From: a virus
DNA length: 64,000 nucleotides
Direction: 5' to 3' (one strand)
IMG/VR virus record: IMGVR_UViG_3300048080_000202
Location: 1,859 to 65,858 of that record
The translations under genes and the position numbers were made by a program. Below, in pieces: positions 55,201 to 64,000 of this stretch; the first letter of the stretch is position 1; every line of letters starts with the position of its first letter. Under the pieces are notes generated by a model. The model was not told where the DNA came from and did no database searches. It was given only the letters and a program-made list of their open reading frames with translations.

Positions 55201-55486
55201 TTGGAATGGGGGATAATGCTTGAATTGGGTTCACGGCCATTGTCATTGCACCACGAAGAGCTTCGTGGCCTTCTTCCAAGGCTCCTAGCACTGTCCCCGG
55301 CCAATCTCGAAATCCAGAAGTTATGATATTAGGGACAAGTCCTCCCACTGACCTTGTGGCGTTAGGGTCCTTTTTAAACAGGGCCTCCGTCATCTGCATT
55401 GCAGATTCTGCTAAGGGAGATATTGGGGCAGCCCCCGGAACAGCCTGTCGGGTTCGTCGAAGCAACTCTTCAAGTGTAAGTGGCAT
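52244..55486 (-). CDS. Large internal virion/ejection protein (P22 gp16-like position)
   Basis: 1080 aa helical protein, last of three ejection-type genes. Confidence 0.65.
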   Translation of the reverse strand: MPLTLEELLRRTRQAVPGAAPISPLAESAMQMTEALFKKDPNATRSVGGLVPNIITSGFRDWPGTVLGALEEGHEALRGAMTMAVNPIQALSPIPIPMATEHPEGILNRIAGFGKSGLNLFTLGMSDLYISNLDQERERRGLQPGQPRRTLIESSKETFRADEDLQIVVDAAKRTINDALPAAEIAKFISSPMTGEEIGKTAVQALGKTAVLAGLGRMAGLTKPAPVTTPTPPRFVTAGDVAARKAEIAAREPRVTPTQASAPATEVLKSEKFPVLDSLMKEVEKRTERPIPPQATIPIGPVTLQRQELESLTKASLDTALFQELAPRINAGGEAGLQMIDAVSQAVRSDQIGGELVRSIAIEHALPVVEAAKHVGDALEYTFSEHGKGLAVLADLAHDLSIDALAGDSAAISRLKILDSISATKEANRVYHWPIVSRMWKDFNAGPMAKIAKGRRVYSIIQPTTTARNVRVAGAMTIGQVFNDATVGLIETGIGVAKGESRPISDYFIDSAAAFTSMLDRVENRGKIDDILKSLPIEHKRFKGNTLLNDAVLRTAAELTADTVKPRAQTLADHLTILNRSAEWQQGKFTFQARLEANMKRVGYSMEQVYEKLQNPTELIGETKKRTAKQLEFDAALHDAFNHSYKQGLRFNPEAGFAKQILNIYRDNPWVTSVGPLFPRFLINSYMYLTERSPLNWMDMLNPEFRKTLTDGLDGGLKHAESVRHLARGVEGMMYLGAAVAMRQSPLAGSKFYLYKTGQKDASGKDEFLDTRSYQPFHMYSLLAEYVTANIEGRPPNVSPSELTDAVLGARRVEEVPILSIADLVRNFTSQNPEAWSKVLYTQIGQQLASFFTGGKAIQDIAGAAGKATGNKALESQLIQRDTEGREFYGPTMANIPGLANWLPPRIDPFTGEPVTTTHPFRRQLGETIRAQSKLEQLITSIPGLQLGDLMGDFGNDRANFLVHTLIGKALGSKVGEGTLGDTVADFLNQQKLAPEEMSLYPLNKLKGQTVVIDPKLILQTKQSAMIRELYTGLKEAARSAGETKDPKAFVDHWINTDDSIPAWAKHIVREELRKQGLNY

Positions 55487-56457
55487 TATTTACGGGGTTC
55501 AATTTGGATGTTCTTGAAAAGTTCTCCCCACTTATCTTTTTCACTCGTGGTATGCCGAAGTCTCTTCATTGCTTCCATGATTCCGACAGCACGATTTTGA
55601 AGTTGGGGATCTTTCATCACCATGGCTTGAACTTGATTGAGGATGGAATTGAATTCTTGCTCTGTCCATTGTTCTGGAGGTTTGTCAATTTTCCGCGCAA
55701 TTTGATTTAAAAGTCCTGCGGCAATTGTTTCTTCTTCGGCCTCTTTTCGTCCAGAATAGGTGGGGGTAGTTGAACGAGCAAGAATCCCCGCAATGATTGG
55801 TTCACTCTTTAGGCGAAAAGCCTCTCGAAAAGTTATTTCTTCGTTTCTCACTGCTTCAGCAAGGGTTTCGTCAAGACTTGCATCTTCAGGAAACTTGCCG
55901 GTAGCTTGGTAAGTTAATACACCTTTTGGGCCAAAGAGTTTGAAAAATGCGGGGTTGGTGCGAATAAAATCCGCACGACGTTTTAATTCTGCTTCTGCAA
56001 CGTGTCCTTTTATTTGTTCTTGAAGATTGGCGGCTTGTAATGCTTGTTGTTCCATTGGGACAGGAATTACTCTCTGTCCGGCAATGTCCACTCCACCCAT
56101 TGGGCCAGAAGCACCCTGGTCAATTCCTGTGGCTTCCATGGAAGGAAGAGAAGTTACCTTTCCCGCACCAGTATCTTGTAAAATTTTGTACAAATCATCT
56201 CGTTTAGCACGTTCCTCTACTCGTAAACGTTCTTCATTTTGTGCCTTTTGTGAAGCTTCAAACCGTTTTTGGACAGCAAGATTCTCTGCCTTGGCTTCAG
56301 CAAATCTTCCCTCTTCAACAGTAGCTTGACGCTGTTGAATGGCGTTTTGCATCTGCGCAAGCGTCATTCCCTGGGTGAGAGCCCGCCGCTGACGGATATC
56401 TTCATCCCGGGCATCCATACCCTTTAGAAAAGCATCGAGGAAAGAGTTCTGAGGCAT
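55486..56457 (-). CDS. Ejection protein (gp20-like position)
   Basis: Gln/Ala-rich coiled coil, starting 'SFLDAFLKG'. Confidence 0.6.
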   Translation of the reverse strand: MPQNSFLDAFLKGMDARDEDIRQRRALTQGMTLAQMQNAIQQRQATVEEGRFAEAKAENLAVQKRFEASQKAQNEERLRVEERAKRDDLYKILQDTGAGKVTSLPSMEATGIDQGASGPMGGVDIAGQRVIPVPMEQQALQAANLQEQIKGHVAEAELKRRADFIRTNPAFFKLFGPKGVLTYQATGKFPEDASLDETLAEAVRNEEITFREAFRLKSEPIIAGILARSTTPTYSGRKEAEEETIAAGLLNQIARKIDKPPEQWTEQEFNSILNQVQAMVMKDPQLQNRAVGIMEAMKRLRHTTSEKDKWGELFKNIQIEPRK

Positions 56458-57359
56458 TAGCGTCTCCGAAGAGAAGTGGAAGTAGATAGGGGAGGCATTC
56501 CGAAGCCGATGGAACCGGGGATGTAAGGATAGCCATAGGGATTTCGGGGATCAGCAGCAGGTGGGGTGGTGTCGATACCACTGATGTTTCCGCCTCTTGC
56601 AAGATTGCCTCCAGGAAGCATTCTTGGCCCCATGTTTCCAAACATTCCCCCAATATTACTTAGCAATCCACTTGTGAAGCTTGGGCCTTGAGTAGTCTGG
56701 GTAGTGTTACCGGTAGTTTGTCCGGTAGTGTCAACTTGTCCGGCGGTATCCTGCGTGGTCTCTCCGGTTTGATCAAAGTCTGTGGTGCCGGTGGTACGTT
56801 GCCCACGTGGGCCGGAAGCAAGGAAGTTGTTGGCAAGGCCAAATAGATCATTAAAGCGTTTACCTTGGGCCTCTTGTTCCATGAATGGGAGATTACCAAA
56901 GAACTGTCCAGCTTGTCCGGATCGTCCCATTTCGATGTTTTGGAATCCTGTCGCGGCTCTGCCGGAATCCAACCCCCCTGAAGACGCAAGGTTTTGCTTT
57001 AAATTCTCTCCCGCCGCTGCGGATAGGTCGTTGAGATTGGATAGGAAGCTTGCTTTTTGGGCCTCTCCGTAAATCGGCTGCCCCGCCCGGTGAAATTGAT
57101 CCTGCATTCGCCGTTGCTGCTGAGAGCGAAATGCGGCCATCTCAGGAGTCTCGGATGCCTGCGTGGTTTGGTCAATTCGTTGCTGTCCACGTTGAGCGGA
57201 ACTTCCCCTCGTTTGCCCAGTAGAGACCTGTCGGCCAGTTTGATTCTGGGTTTGATTTACTGTTTGTCCGCCTTGGTTCCCTCGTCCGCCAAGGGCACTG
57301 GCGACTGCGCCAACACCTCCGGCGATGAGTGAGGGGGCAAAAGGGGCGAGAAATGGCAT
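56457..57359 (-). CDS. DNA pilot/ejection protein (gp7-like)
   Basis: N-terminal 'SLIAGGVGAVASALGG' and a Gly/Gln/Thr-rich body. Confidence 0.7.
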   Translation of the reverse strand: MPFLAPFAPSLIAGGVGAVASALGGRGNQGGQTVNQTQNQTGRQVSTGQTRGSSAQRGQQRIDQTTQASETPEMAAFRSQQQRRMQDQFHRAGQPIYGEAQKASFLSNLNDLSAAAGENLKQNLASSGGLDSGRAATGFQNIEMGRSGQAGQFFGNLPFMEQEAQGKRFNDLFGLANNFLASGPRGQRTTGTTDFDQTGETTQDTAGQVDTTGQTTGNTTQTTQGPSFTSGLLSNIGGMFGNMGPRMLPGGNLARGGNISGIDTTPPAADPRNPYGYPYIPGSIGFGMPPLSTSTSLRRR

Positions 57360-57889
57360 GTGTGGTTCCTTTTAAGAAGGCCGAAATGAGACATTGCAGC
57401 GGGGAGATTGTCTTTGACAATCATGTCTGACATGATTGCTTCTTTGACAAATCCTACTCGTTTGGCGAGGGACTGTGCAAGATAATTAGTGGATGGAATG
57501 AAAGCACTGATGCGGAGAAGGGGAAGAGTTTCAAAGAGATGATTGATTACTCCTTGGACCGCTTGGTCAATCACTCGGGTTCCCCGAGCCCTGCGGGTAC
57601 AGGCGATGTGGAGATAGCCGTTGTGTGGGGAATTGGGTTCGAAGATAATGATTCCCACAATTGGTGCGGGGTGCTTCATCTTTAGCCAATTGTCGCGGTC
57701 GATCACACCGAAGGAGAGAACACGAGGAAGATAATTCTTAAGATATTCCACCACGTCTTCTTTTGTCTTTGGCGATTCATCTGTTACAAACATCGCCTGC
57801 GTGGCGGCGGTCCATCCCCAGACTCGGGGGATTTCACTTGTCGGAAACGGGCTTATTAGATCCAGGTTGGGGGTTTCGATTATCTGCAT
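57257..57889 (-). CDS. GNAT acetyltransferase (P22 gp14-like position)
   Basis: 'VGIIIF...YLHIAC...RISAFIP.TN..AQ.LA.RVGF..E'; directly precedes the pilot gene. Confidence 0.75.
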   Translation of the reverse strand: MQIIETPNLDLISPFPTSEIPRVWGWTAATQAMFVTDESPKTKEDVVEYLKNYLPRVLSFGVIDRDNWLKMKHPAPIVGIIIFEPNSPHNGYLHIACTRRARGTRVIDQAVQGVINHLFETLPLLRISAFIPSTNYLAQSLAKRVGFVKEAIMSDMIVKDNLPAAMSHFGLLKRNHTCHFSPLLPPHSSPEVLAQSPVPLADEGTKADKQ

Positions 57890-58166
57890 TTGGGGATTTC
57901 TCCGTGGGTTCTAGCTTGTATTTCTTGGTGAGTTCTTCTTGTACCTTTTGAAATTCCGCGAGTTTTTTGTTGGCATAGGCTTGCTTCATCAGGAAGTCAC
58001 GACCTTCAAGGGATTGCAGAAGGACAGTGAGTGCGATGTTGACTTCAGCGCGGGCCTCAGCGGCATCAGCTTTGGCACGTAGCAGGCGGAGTTCGTCTTC
58101 GGGGGCGAGGGCTGCGGCAAAAAGATTGCCAAGAAACACAAAAACGATAAGGCTTTTTCGGATCAT
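57834..58166 (-). CDS. Secreted coiled-coil protein
   Basis: Signal peptide; own TGCTATAAT motif (58190-58198) and SD. Confidence 0.5.
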   Translation of the reverse strand: MIRKSLIVFVFLGNLFAAALAPEDELRLLRAKADAAEARAEVNIALTVLLQSLEGRDFLMKQAYANKKLAEFQKVQEELTKKYKLEPTEKSPNADNRNPQPGSNKPVSDK

Positions 58167-58200
58167 AAATCTAAGGTTCTCCAGTAGTTATTATAGCATA

Positions 58201-58776
58201 TTACTTGATATTTTGCCTGCGGGCGTAGATTTTAGATAGGCGGGAGGTATCGATACCTTGGGAGGCAAGAGCTTCAAGGGTGGAGGCGACAAAGGCGGAG
58301 CGAGAGGGCTCGGACATGTTGATGTCGGAGGCAGAGGGTTCAGTTATAGAATATGCAAGGGCTTCTTGAGTTATTTTATCAGGATTAAACGCAGAAGAAT
58401 TAACCCCTCTGCGTTGTTCGATCTCTTCTCTGAGTTCTTTAGGAACAGTAATTTTGCTGAGATCCATAGAACGACTTAAACCATGGATATCTTCATGTTG
58501 AAGAACGCTAGTGAGATCTCCAGGAGATAGATCTGGATCGTATAAAGTGATATTTCCGGGCAGGTTCATCCCCTGATAATTTGAGTTCATAAATTTAAGA
58601 AGTTTTTTGCTAGGAAGCGTGTATCCACGAGATTCTCTTAGCTGGCCGAGGCCAGTGGGAGTAATGGAACCCATCACAAAGTCCGCGAGTTTCTTAAGGG
58701 GACCCCGGGTGTCTTGAAAATCCGTTCGTGGTTGCGTGATTCGTCCGATGTTGATTTCAGCCATTAGGCGCTCCAA
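58201..58776 (-). CDS. HExxH zincin-like metallopeptidase
   Basis: 'VLQHEDIH' with downstream 'QEALAY'. Confidence 0.6.
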   Translation of the reverse strand: MERLMAEINIGRITQPRTDFQDTRGPLKKLADFVMGSITPTGLGQLRESRGYTLPSKKLLKFMNSNYQGMNLPGNITLYDPDLSPGDLTSVLQHEDIHGLSRSMDLSKITVPKELREEIEQRRGVNSSAFNPDKITQEALAYSITEPSASDINMSEPSRSAFVASTLEALASQGIDTSRLSKIYARRQNIK

Positions 58777-59033
58777 AGGGGTTTGAGATATTGGGGATGG
58801 AAGCGGGTGATGATTGTGGGGCTTGGAGGAGTTATAGCTTCCCCGTACAGAGGGAATGCCATAACTGCGATTCCGCCGTTATAAGACACTGACACGTTTG
58901 CATATATGATATCATATCCAATATCCAAGCTATTATCACCACTTCGTGCGCCTTCTACACCATATCCACACATTGCCCATGTAGGACCGGCGGAGGCTGT
59001 GATGTTACGAAGGATTTGTGCCTTAATTGACAT
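58764..59033 (-). CDS. Small tail-associated protein
   Basis: 89 aa, coupled to the upstream tail gene. Confidence 0.5.
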   Translation of the reverse strand: MSIKAQILRNITASAGPTWAMCGYGVEGARSGDNSLDIGYDIIYANVSVSYNGGIAVMAFPLYGEAITPPSPTIITRFHPQYLKPLWSA

Positions 59034-60577
59034 TAACCTGTGAAAATTTCAGTAACACGCCCACATAGAGTGAAAGGAGCGTTGTTAGTAGTGGCGGTGT
59101 TGATAGTGTATGGTTGCCAAGTTTCATCATCCCAGGAGACAGTAAAGGAATCGGGATCAGTAGTGGCACGAGCTACGCCCACCATGTCCCAAAGCTGGCC
59201 GAGGATTGGGGGTTCTTGATTGAGGTTGTTGGTGGCTGTGCCGGAGAAATATGGATTAAAAGCGAACCAAGGCTCGAAGAATTCCGCGTCCCCAGATTGC
59301 CAAATAACTCCAGTTCCATTCACCGATCCTGCGATTCTCGCGGGGGTGTAGGTAATTAATCGAGGGGAGCCCACTCCTCCAGTGAGTCCGGAGGTTCCGG
59401 AAGCGGTGATTCGAGAGAAGGATGGGCCAGAAAGACTCAGGTATATCTGTCCTGTTAATGCTTGAAACCCCTGACGAAAGTTATTCCCGCCAATCGCGGC
59501 CCAAGCGGCTTCGTTCCACTCGGGGGGGAGAGTACGATCGGTTCGGAAGTCCATCAATTTTAATCCACCTGCGTGGGCGGAGAATAACATAGATTCCAGT
59601 GGAGTGGATGAATGAATTATTGCTTGATGGGGGTTGATGAATCCTTGGGTGGTTATTGGGGAGCCTTTGCTGATACCGAAGTTAGCGGGGGTCGCGAAGT
59701 TTGATGTTTGAGAAAGACTCACATAAGATGGATGGGCCACGGAAGCCCAAACCGATTGTTTGGCTGCGGCCATACACCAACTACGAACGGCTCCGAAGGG
59801 TCGAATTGTCCAATAGAGTGTAATATGGTTATCGGTTCCAACCGTGCCGGTATTGAACGTTCGAGTGCTTGCTGCGCTTTTAGCAAGGTAGCCACCGTGG
59901 GCGGGGACGTTGTGGGAACTTCGAAGTACACCTCCGGTGGAAAAGTTGCCAGAGATGGATGGAGTCACGGGATCGGGAATGTAGTTTGATATGACATTTT
60001 GAAAAACTCGGGTGACATAATTGGCTCCCGAGACCACAGCAATTGGTTGTTCAAGGGTCCAAGTAGGACGAAGAACAAGAAGAGATCCCATGACTGCGTA
60101 GTGGAGATAGAGACGTGTAGGGGGTGCGGGGAGTTTTATAACCTTTCGCCCCATCATAAATTCCCAGCCTGCGGAGGTTGAAGCAACTTGGGAGAGAGTT
60201 AGGTCAGCAGGGATACCATTGGCGTCCCAATTGCTGGGACGAGTAAGAGCAGAGAGTGTAAAATGTCCAAACTCAGCGTCAATAATTGTGATTGGAGCGG
60301 CGGCGTTGTTTTGGTCTTGGACATCCCATGAAGCGACGTTGCCAGGACTGGGGAGGGCGAAGACGAAGCTTTGGATGTCTCCATTTGTGGTGTAGTCGAA
60401 GTAGGAGATAACTGTAGTTACTGTCCAACCACCAGTGGTGAAAGCACTTGCCAAGCTGGTGCTGTAGACATCAAGGTATTCAGAAATAGGCAAACCCCCA
60501 CCAGTGTAGCCAATGACGTTTTGGAAATCGAGCTTGACTGATTTGGAGGAATACATTATGGAGTGCCTGCGGTACAA
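59033..60577 (-). CDS. Tail fibre/tailspike-like protein
   Basis: 514 aa beta-rich protein; C-terminal 'GQLWD...WQPYT' is shared with its neighbour. Confidence 0.6.
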   Translation of the reverse strand: MYRRHSIMYSSKSVKLDFQNVIGYTGGGLPISEYLDVYSTSLASAFTTGGWTVTTVISYFDYTTNGDIQSFVFALPSPGNVASWDVQDQNNAAAPITIIDAEFGHFTLSALTRPSNWDANGIPADLTLSQVASTSAGWEFMMGRKVIKLPAPPTRLYLHYAVMGSLLVLRPTWTLEQPIAVVSGANYVTRVFQNVISNYIPDPVTPSISGNFSTGGVLRSSHNVPAHGGYLAKSAASTRTFNTGTVGTDNHITLYWTIRPFGAVRSWCMAAAKQSVWASVAHPSYVSLSQTSNFATPANFGISKGSPITTQGFINPHQAIIHSSTPLESMLFSAHAGGLKLMDFRTDRTLPPEWNEAAWAAIGGNNFRQGFQALTGQIYLSLSGPSFSRITASGTSGLTGGVGSPRLITYTPARIAGSVNGTGVIWQSGDAEFFEPWFAFNPYFSGTATNNLNQEPPILGQLWDMVGVARATTDPDSFTVSWDDETWQPYTINTATTNNAPFTLCGRVTEIFTG

Positions 60578-61470
60578 AACATTAGGGCTGCACGGATGGT
60601 GTCACCGCCGGAGTGGGCGGTGAAGTTTTGAAAGCTGTGATTGTCGTAGGTGAGATTAGTGGACTCAATGTAGTCGCGATCAAATATCAGGGCGTCCCAT
60701 AGGAAGCCCTTGATCTTTGCAATCACTGCTCCAGTGTCACCCCATGCCATGGCAGCGGGGGAAACAAGTGGATACCATCCACTGGGGGCGGACATTGTGG
60801 GATCGACATTGGGACCTGTCCATACAAGGCCGCTTCCTGGTGCTGCACCATCTCGGCAGCCCACAAAACAGAAGCGAATACGAGAAGTGTCGGTGAATCC
60901 CGATTCCCAATAGCGCTCTCCATCGGAGTCGTTGAGATAAGAGAAGAAACGATCGGGGAAAGCCCACAGGCCGAGACGAAGTTGGGTGGCTTCGTAAGCA
61001 ATGAAGCAGTTGATGGTGGATTTTGCGGAGAGCACAAATGGAGGAATGTGGAGCATGGACACAAGTCCGGCGTTTTGCGATCCTCCGGTGGTTCCCGGAC
61101 GAAGCCACGTGAACTGCCATTTATTGGCCATCAAACGATATGTGGTGGAGAGGACTAATTGAAGTTCGCGGTCGGGGCTGCTGGGGAATATGGACTCATC
61201 AGAGGTCATTACTCGAATGTGGACACGAGCGGAGGGGGAGGAGTTTTGGGCGTATATGAGAACCTTGTATTGAGCGCCGTGATCGGGGGAGACTGCTGAA
61301 ATGAGTTTGAACGCAGAGTGACCGTTGATGGTGAGGGAACTTTCAAGTCCCCATCCCACCGCCACTAGAGGATTCTTAACCGCCGTGGCAAGGGCTGAAG
61401 GCGTAGCTCCGGATATCACGGTATTATTTCGTGTACCCGCATAGGCGATAAGATCCACAGTACGGGGCAT
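60556..61470 (-). CDS. Tail fibre-associated protein (paralog of the 59033-60577 C-terminal half)
   Basis: 'KGFLWDA...FQNFT' C-terminal motif. Confidence 0.6.
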   Translation of the reverse strand: MPRTVDLIAYAGTRNNTVISGATPSALATAVKNPLVAVGWGLESSLTINGHSAFKLISAVSPDHGAQYKVLIYAQNSSPSARVHIRVMTSDESIFPSSPDRELQLVLSTTYRLMANKWQFTWLRPGTTGGSQNAGLVSMLHIPPFVLSAKSTINCFIAYEATQLRLGLWAFPDRFFSYLNDSDGERYWESGFTDTSRIRFCFVGCRDGAAPGSGLVWTGPNVDPTMSAPSGWYPLVSPAAMAWGDTGAVIAKIKGFLWDALIFDRDYIESTNLTYDNHSFQNFTAHSGGDTIRAALMFCTAGTP

Positions 61471-62981
61471 TAAGTTTGGACCTCGGCAACAAGAGTACTA
61501 CCTGCGTTAGTGCTTCCGGCCTGAACAACGACCAGGGTGAGATGACCATCGGGTTTGAAGAAGACATATTCGCCGGTGGTGGCGAGGGGGAGAGCGCCGG
61601 TGAAATTTTTGTCAATATCGAACAAGCTTCCAACGATGCTTACCACGGGAAGCCTGGAAAACGGAAAAGTTCCAAGGTAGGGGGAATTACGGCCATCTGG
61701 AAGGCCTGCCCCAGAGGCGAGATAGGTTTCTTGCTGGCTGTCGGGGAAGGAGAGTTGGCCGAGGATGGCTACCTTACGGGAGTTTTCATTTCCTGCAAAG
61801 GGTTCAACATATAGGACATAGGCCACAGTGGCGGCAGTGATGGTTTCGAGGATTCCCACGAAGCTGCTTCCCCCCGTGCTCACACGAGCGAGGCGTCCAA
61901 AGATGCTTCGGATGTTGCTGGGGTGGCTGACGGATATCCACTCCGGCATGGTCGCTGAGAGTGTGCAAGTGCCGTTGATAGCGAGGGTGTATTGACCGGA
62001 GTCGTTGATGCGGAGGCCTGGGGCGGCGGGGGTGGTTCGGGCTGTGCTGGATGTGGAAATTGCGTTGACAATCTTCCATGGACCAAAGGAATCTTCACTC
62101 TTGGCTGCGCCCACCACGGCGATTACTGTGCGGGAGGGAATGAGAATGGTGTATTTGTCACGGATGCCAGAGGCGGTTTGGGGAATGCGGGCATCCCGAG
62201 CGTTGGGGGCTACGGCGAATTCCTCACGACGCATTTCGACGGGGAAGATAAGGTTGCGGTTGTTGGTGGTGTCGGTGTGAGCGGAGAGTTTGGTTTTGAA
62301 GTAGGATGTTCCGACAAGGAAGTCTTCAGAGTCCACACGTTTGACGGTCCATGTGGTAGTGGCGGAAGCAGTGGCGGTGCCAGTTATTGAGGTGATCTTG
62401 AATGCTTCGTATCCAAACTTCGATGCCGCGAAAGTGTTGTCGTTGATCAGGGCAAAGGAGTTTGTGCCAAACGGAATGTGTTCCAAACCACTCTCTTGGA
62501 TGTAACGGGAAGTGTTGGTGCTGTTGATGACTACGAGTCCAGTGTAGGGATCGGTGGTGTTGGCGAATGTGCCGGTGCCGTGATATTGAAGATTAGTTTC
62601 GTCAATGGAGGGGATGAGAAAGTGAATCTTGTCCACACTCCCGCCATTGGCTACTGTGACATCGTAGATTTCGAGGATGCCGGGGAGGTGCTGGCGGACT
62701 TTGAAATCAAGGGCTCCTGGAGATCCGGCATTACGAACAGCAAAGCGCTTGCGTTTGAAGATATCCAGTGCATCCTCAAGGTATTCCACATTCACTGCAT
62801 CGTGAAGTTCCGCAGGCCATGCGAGGTTTTTGATCCGATGCTCTCGCATGTTGAAGTCGTTGAAACTTCCACCTTGGTTGAGATGGATAATCAAACGATT
62901 CAAGAGAGTTTGCAGGGCTCTGCGAAGAGCCTCGGGATCTTCGGAGGGCGGGATCAGAATGGGTGGAATGGCGTTGGGCAT
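61470..62981 (-). CDS. Tail structural protein
   Basis: 503 aa beta-rich protein; N-terminal 'MREHRIKNLAWP...DAVNVEYL' resembles fibre-attachment motifs. Confidence 0.6.
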   Translation of the reverse strand: MPNAIPPILIPPSEDPEALRRALQTLLNRLIIHLNQGGSFNDFNMREHRIKNLAWPAELHDAVNVEYLEDALDIFKRKRFAVRNAGSPGALDFKVRQHLPGILEIYDVTVANGGSVDKIHFLIPSIDETNLQYHGTGTFANTTDPYTGLVVINSTNTSRYIQESGLEHIPFGTNSFALINDNTFAASKFGYEAFKITSITGTATASATTTWTVKRVDSEDFLVGTSYFKTKLSAHTDTTNNRNLIFPVEMRREEFAVAPNARDARIPQTASGIRDKYTILIPSRTVIAVVGAAKSEDSFGPWKIVNAISTSSTARTTPAAPGLRINDSGQYTLAINGTCTLSATMPEWISVSHPSNIRSIFGRLARVSTGGSSFVGILETITAATVAYVLYVEPFAGNENSRKVAILGQLSFPDSQQETYLASGAGLPDGRNSPYLGTFPFSRLPVVSIVGSLFDIDKNFTGALPLATTGEYVFFKPDGHLTLVVVQAGSTNAGSTLVAEVQT

Positions 62982-64000
62982 CAGTCCACCCTTGGTTTAA
63001 GAAGATCAAGTTGAAGCGCGGACATCTGATCTGGAGTACCAGCAACACTATAGAAACTCACACCCTTGCGACCCACGCGATAGAAGTCCACTGAAGAGTG
63101 CCAGACACGGAAGTCCTGGGAGGAATTCAGGCGTTGTTGGAAAATTGAGCCACGACCACCGGGACCAAAGGGGATGCGGGTGCGCCATTCTCGGCCAGTG
63201 AAAGTAAGTGTGTTGGTTTGGAAGGCTGTTCCATCGATCTCCCATGTGGAAGTGAGCGTGGAAGTTGTAGTGGGAGAGGCTTCAGTTCCAGGACCCGGCT
63301 CCGCGTCAATCTCAAAGAATCGTGCGAAGTCGAGTTGGGAGGCACCACCGGATTTCTTGTAAGAGATCAACCAAGTCTTCTTGCCAAAAGGTTTGGGCTC
63401 GGCTTCCAGGGTGGTACTGTAGTGCTTAAGGCGGGTGGAGTTGGTGTAAACTACATCCACATCCCCACCAACGGTGATGTTCGGGAGGCCGATATTGAAT
63501 GTTTGACGACGGGTGCCAACGAAGGTGTTGGTGGCTACCGCCGTTCCTTCTACAATGATTGTGCCAGTGGATGTCCCGAGGGGATTAAGTTCCGCCACCC
63601 AGGTTTTAATGATGCTGTCAGAGGGGAAGGTTTGGGGACCCCACTGGACGAGGGTGAGGCGATCTGGCTCCGCTTCTTTATGCCACCAAGTTTTGTAGTG
63701 TTTGAATCTCGCCCCACCCGAGACATTATAAATCATCCACATTGTGCGCCCATAGGTGTCTTCGGTGACAGCATTGACGTAGCTTTGACGTTGGGAGCCA
63801 GTGAAGGTGAAGGTACCGACGGCAATGTTATCTACCATCGCAGTTCCAAGAACTGTGTTTCCCAAACAGTTGAGGTCGCAGTCTACGGCGTGGATGAAGG
63901 ATTCGTCACCGGATTCCTTGTCAGTGACGAAGTTCTGCCAGCGGTCGGGTTCGGGGCGAAGGTGGAACCAGGTTTTGTAGTGCTTTAGAAGCCCTCCACC
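62981..64000 (-). CDS. Tail tube/DNA-stabilisation (gp10-like) protein, C-terminal part (enters from the right edge)
   Basis: The frame is open from 64000 (GGGLLKHYKTWFHLRPEPDRW...), so the TTG at 63865 in the ORF track is internal; contains repeated modules of about 78 aa. Confidence 0.6.
   Translation of the reverse strand, partial: GGGLLKHYKTWFHLRPEPDRWQNFVTDKESGDESFIHAVDCDLNCLGNTVLGTAMVDNIAVGTFTFTGSQRQSYVNAVTEDTYGRTMWMIYNVSGGARFKHYKTWWHKEAEPDRLTLVQWGPQTFPSDSIIKTWVAELNPLGTSTGTIIVEGTAVATNTFVGTRRQTFNIGLPNITVGGDVDVVYTNSTRLKHYSTTLEAEPKPFGKKTWLISYKKSGGASQLDFARFFEIDAEPGPGTEASPTTTSTLTSTWEIDGTAFQTNTLTFTGREWRTRIPFGPGGRGSIFQQRLNSSQDFRVWHSSVDFYRVGRKGVSFYSVAGTPDQMSALQLDLLKPRVD

Noticed and set aside
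59033-64000. Diversity-generating retroelement acting on tail genes
   Set aside because: No reverse transcriptase and no near-identical TR/VR pair differing at adenines was seen.

Overview
This window is a 64 kb stretch of a tailed dsDNA phage genome, most likely a P22/N4-like podovirus. The host may be an Acidobacterium, inferred only from three secreted-protein genes. Two arms diverge from a non-coding control region at about 20.3-21.3 kb. The minus-strand arm from about 20.3 kb leftward holds small genes, heptose-sugar enzymes, a split terminase, portal, scaffold, N4-gp56-type capsid and an adaptor, and runs off position 1. Minus-strand tail and ejection genes enter at position 64000 and end at 52244, so the late operon probably wraps around a circularly permuted genome. 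The plus-strand arm (21.3-52.2 kb) holds many small ORFs, a NYN RNase, Ro60/TROVE, an amidoligase/ATP-grasp/GATase module, a deaminase, a nucleotidyltransferase, a PD-(D/E)XK nuclease, a Sak4-like ATPase, an RNA ligase, an SSB, a UDG-fused PolA, a helicase, nucleotide-pool enzymes and a JAB protease. Strongest observations: (1) three tandem compact Y-RNA-like genes with covarying stems directly upstream of Ro60; (2) a circularly permuted, YrlA-type tRNA mimic overlapping the end of the RNA ligase gene, next to two atypical tRNA genes, suggesting a dispersed RNA surveillance/repair system; (3) an exact prfB-type CTT-TGA-C +1 frameshift cassette that restores the terminase Walker B motif; (4) the terminase split into ATPase and nuclease genes around a five-gene insert; (5) a near-complete ADP-heptose synthesis and transfer gene set woven into the head-packaging cluster. 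All assignments come from reading motifs and base pairing by eye; no searches or folding programs were run.
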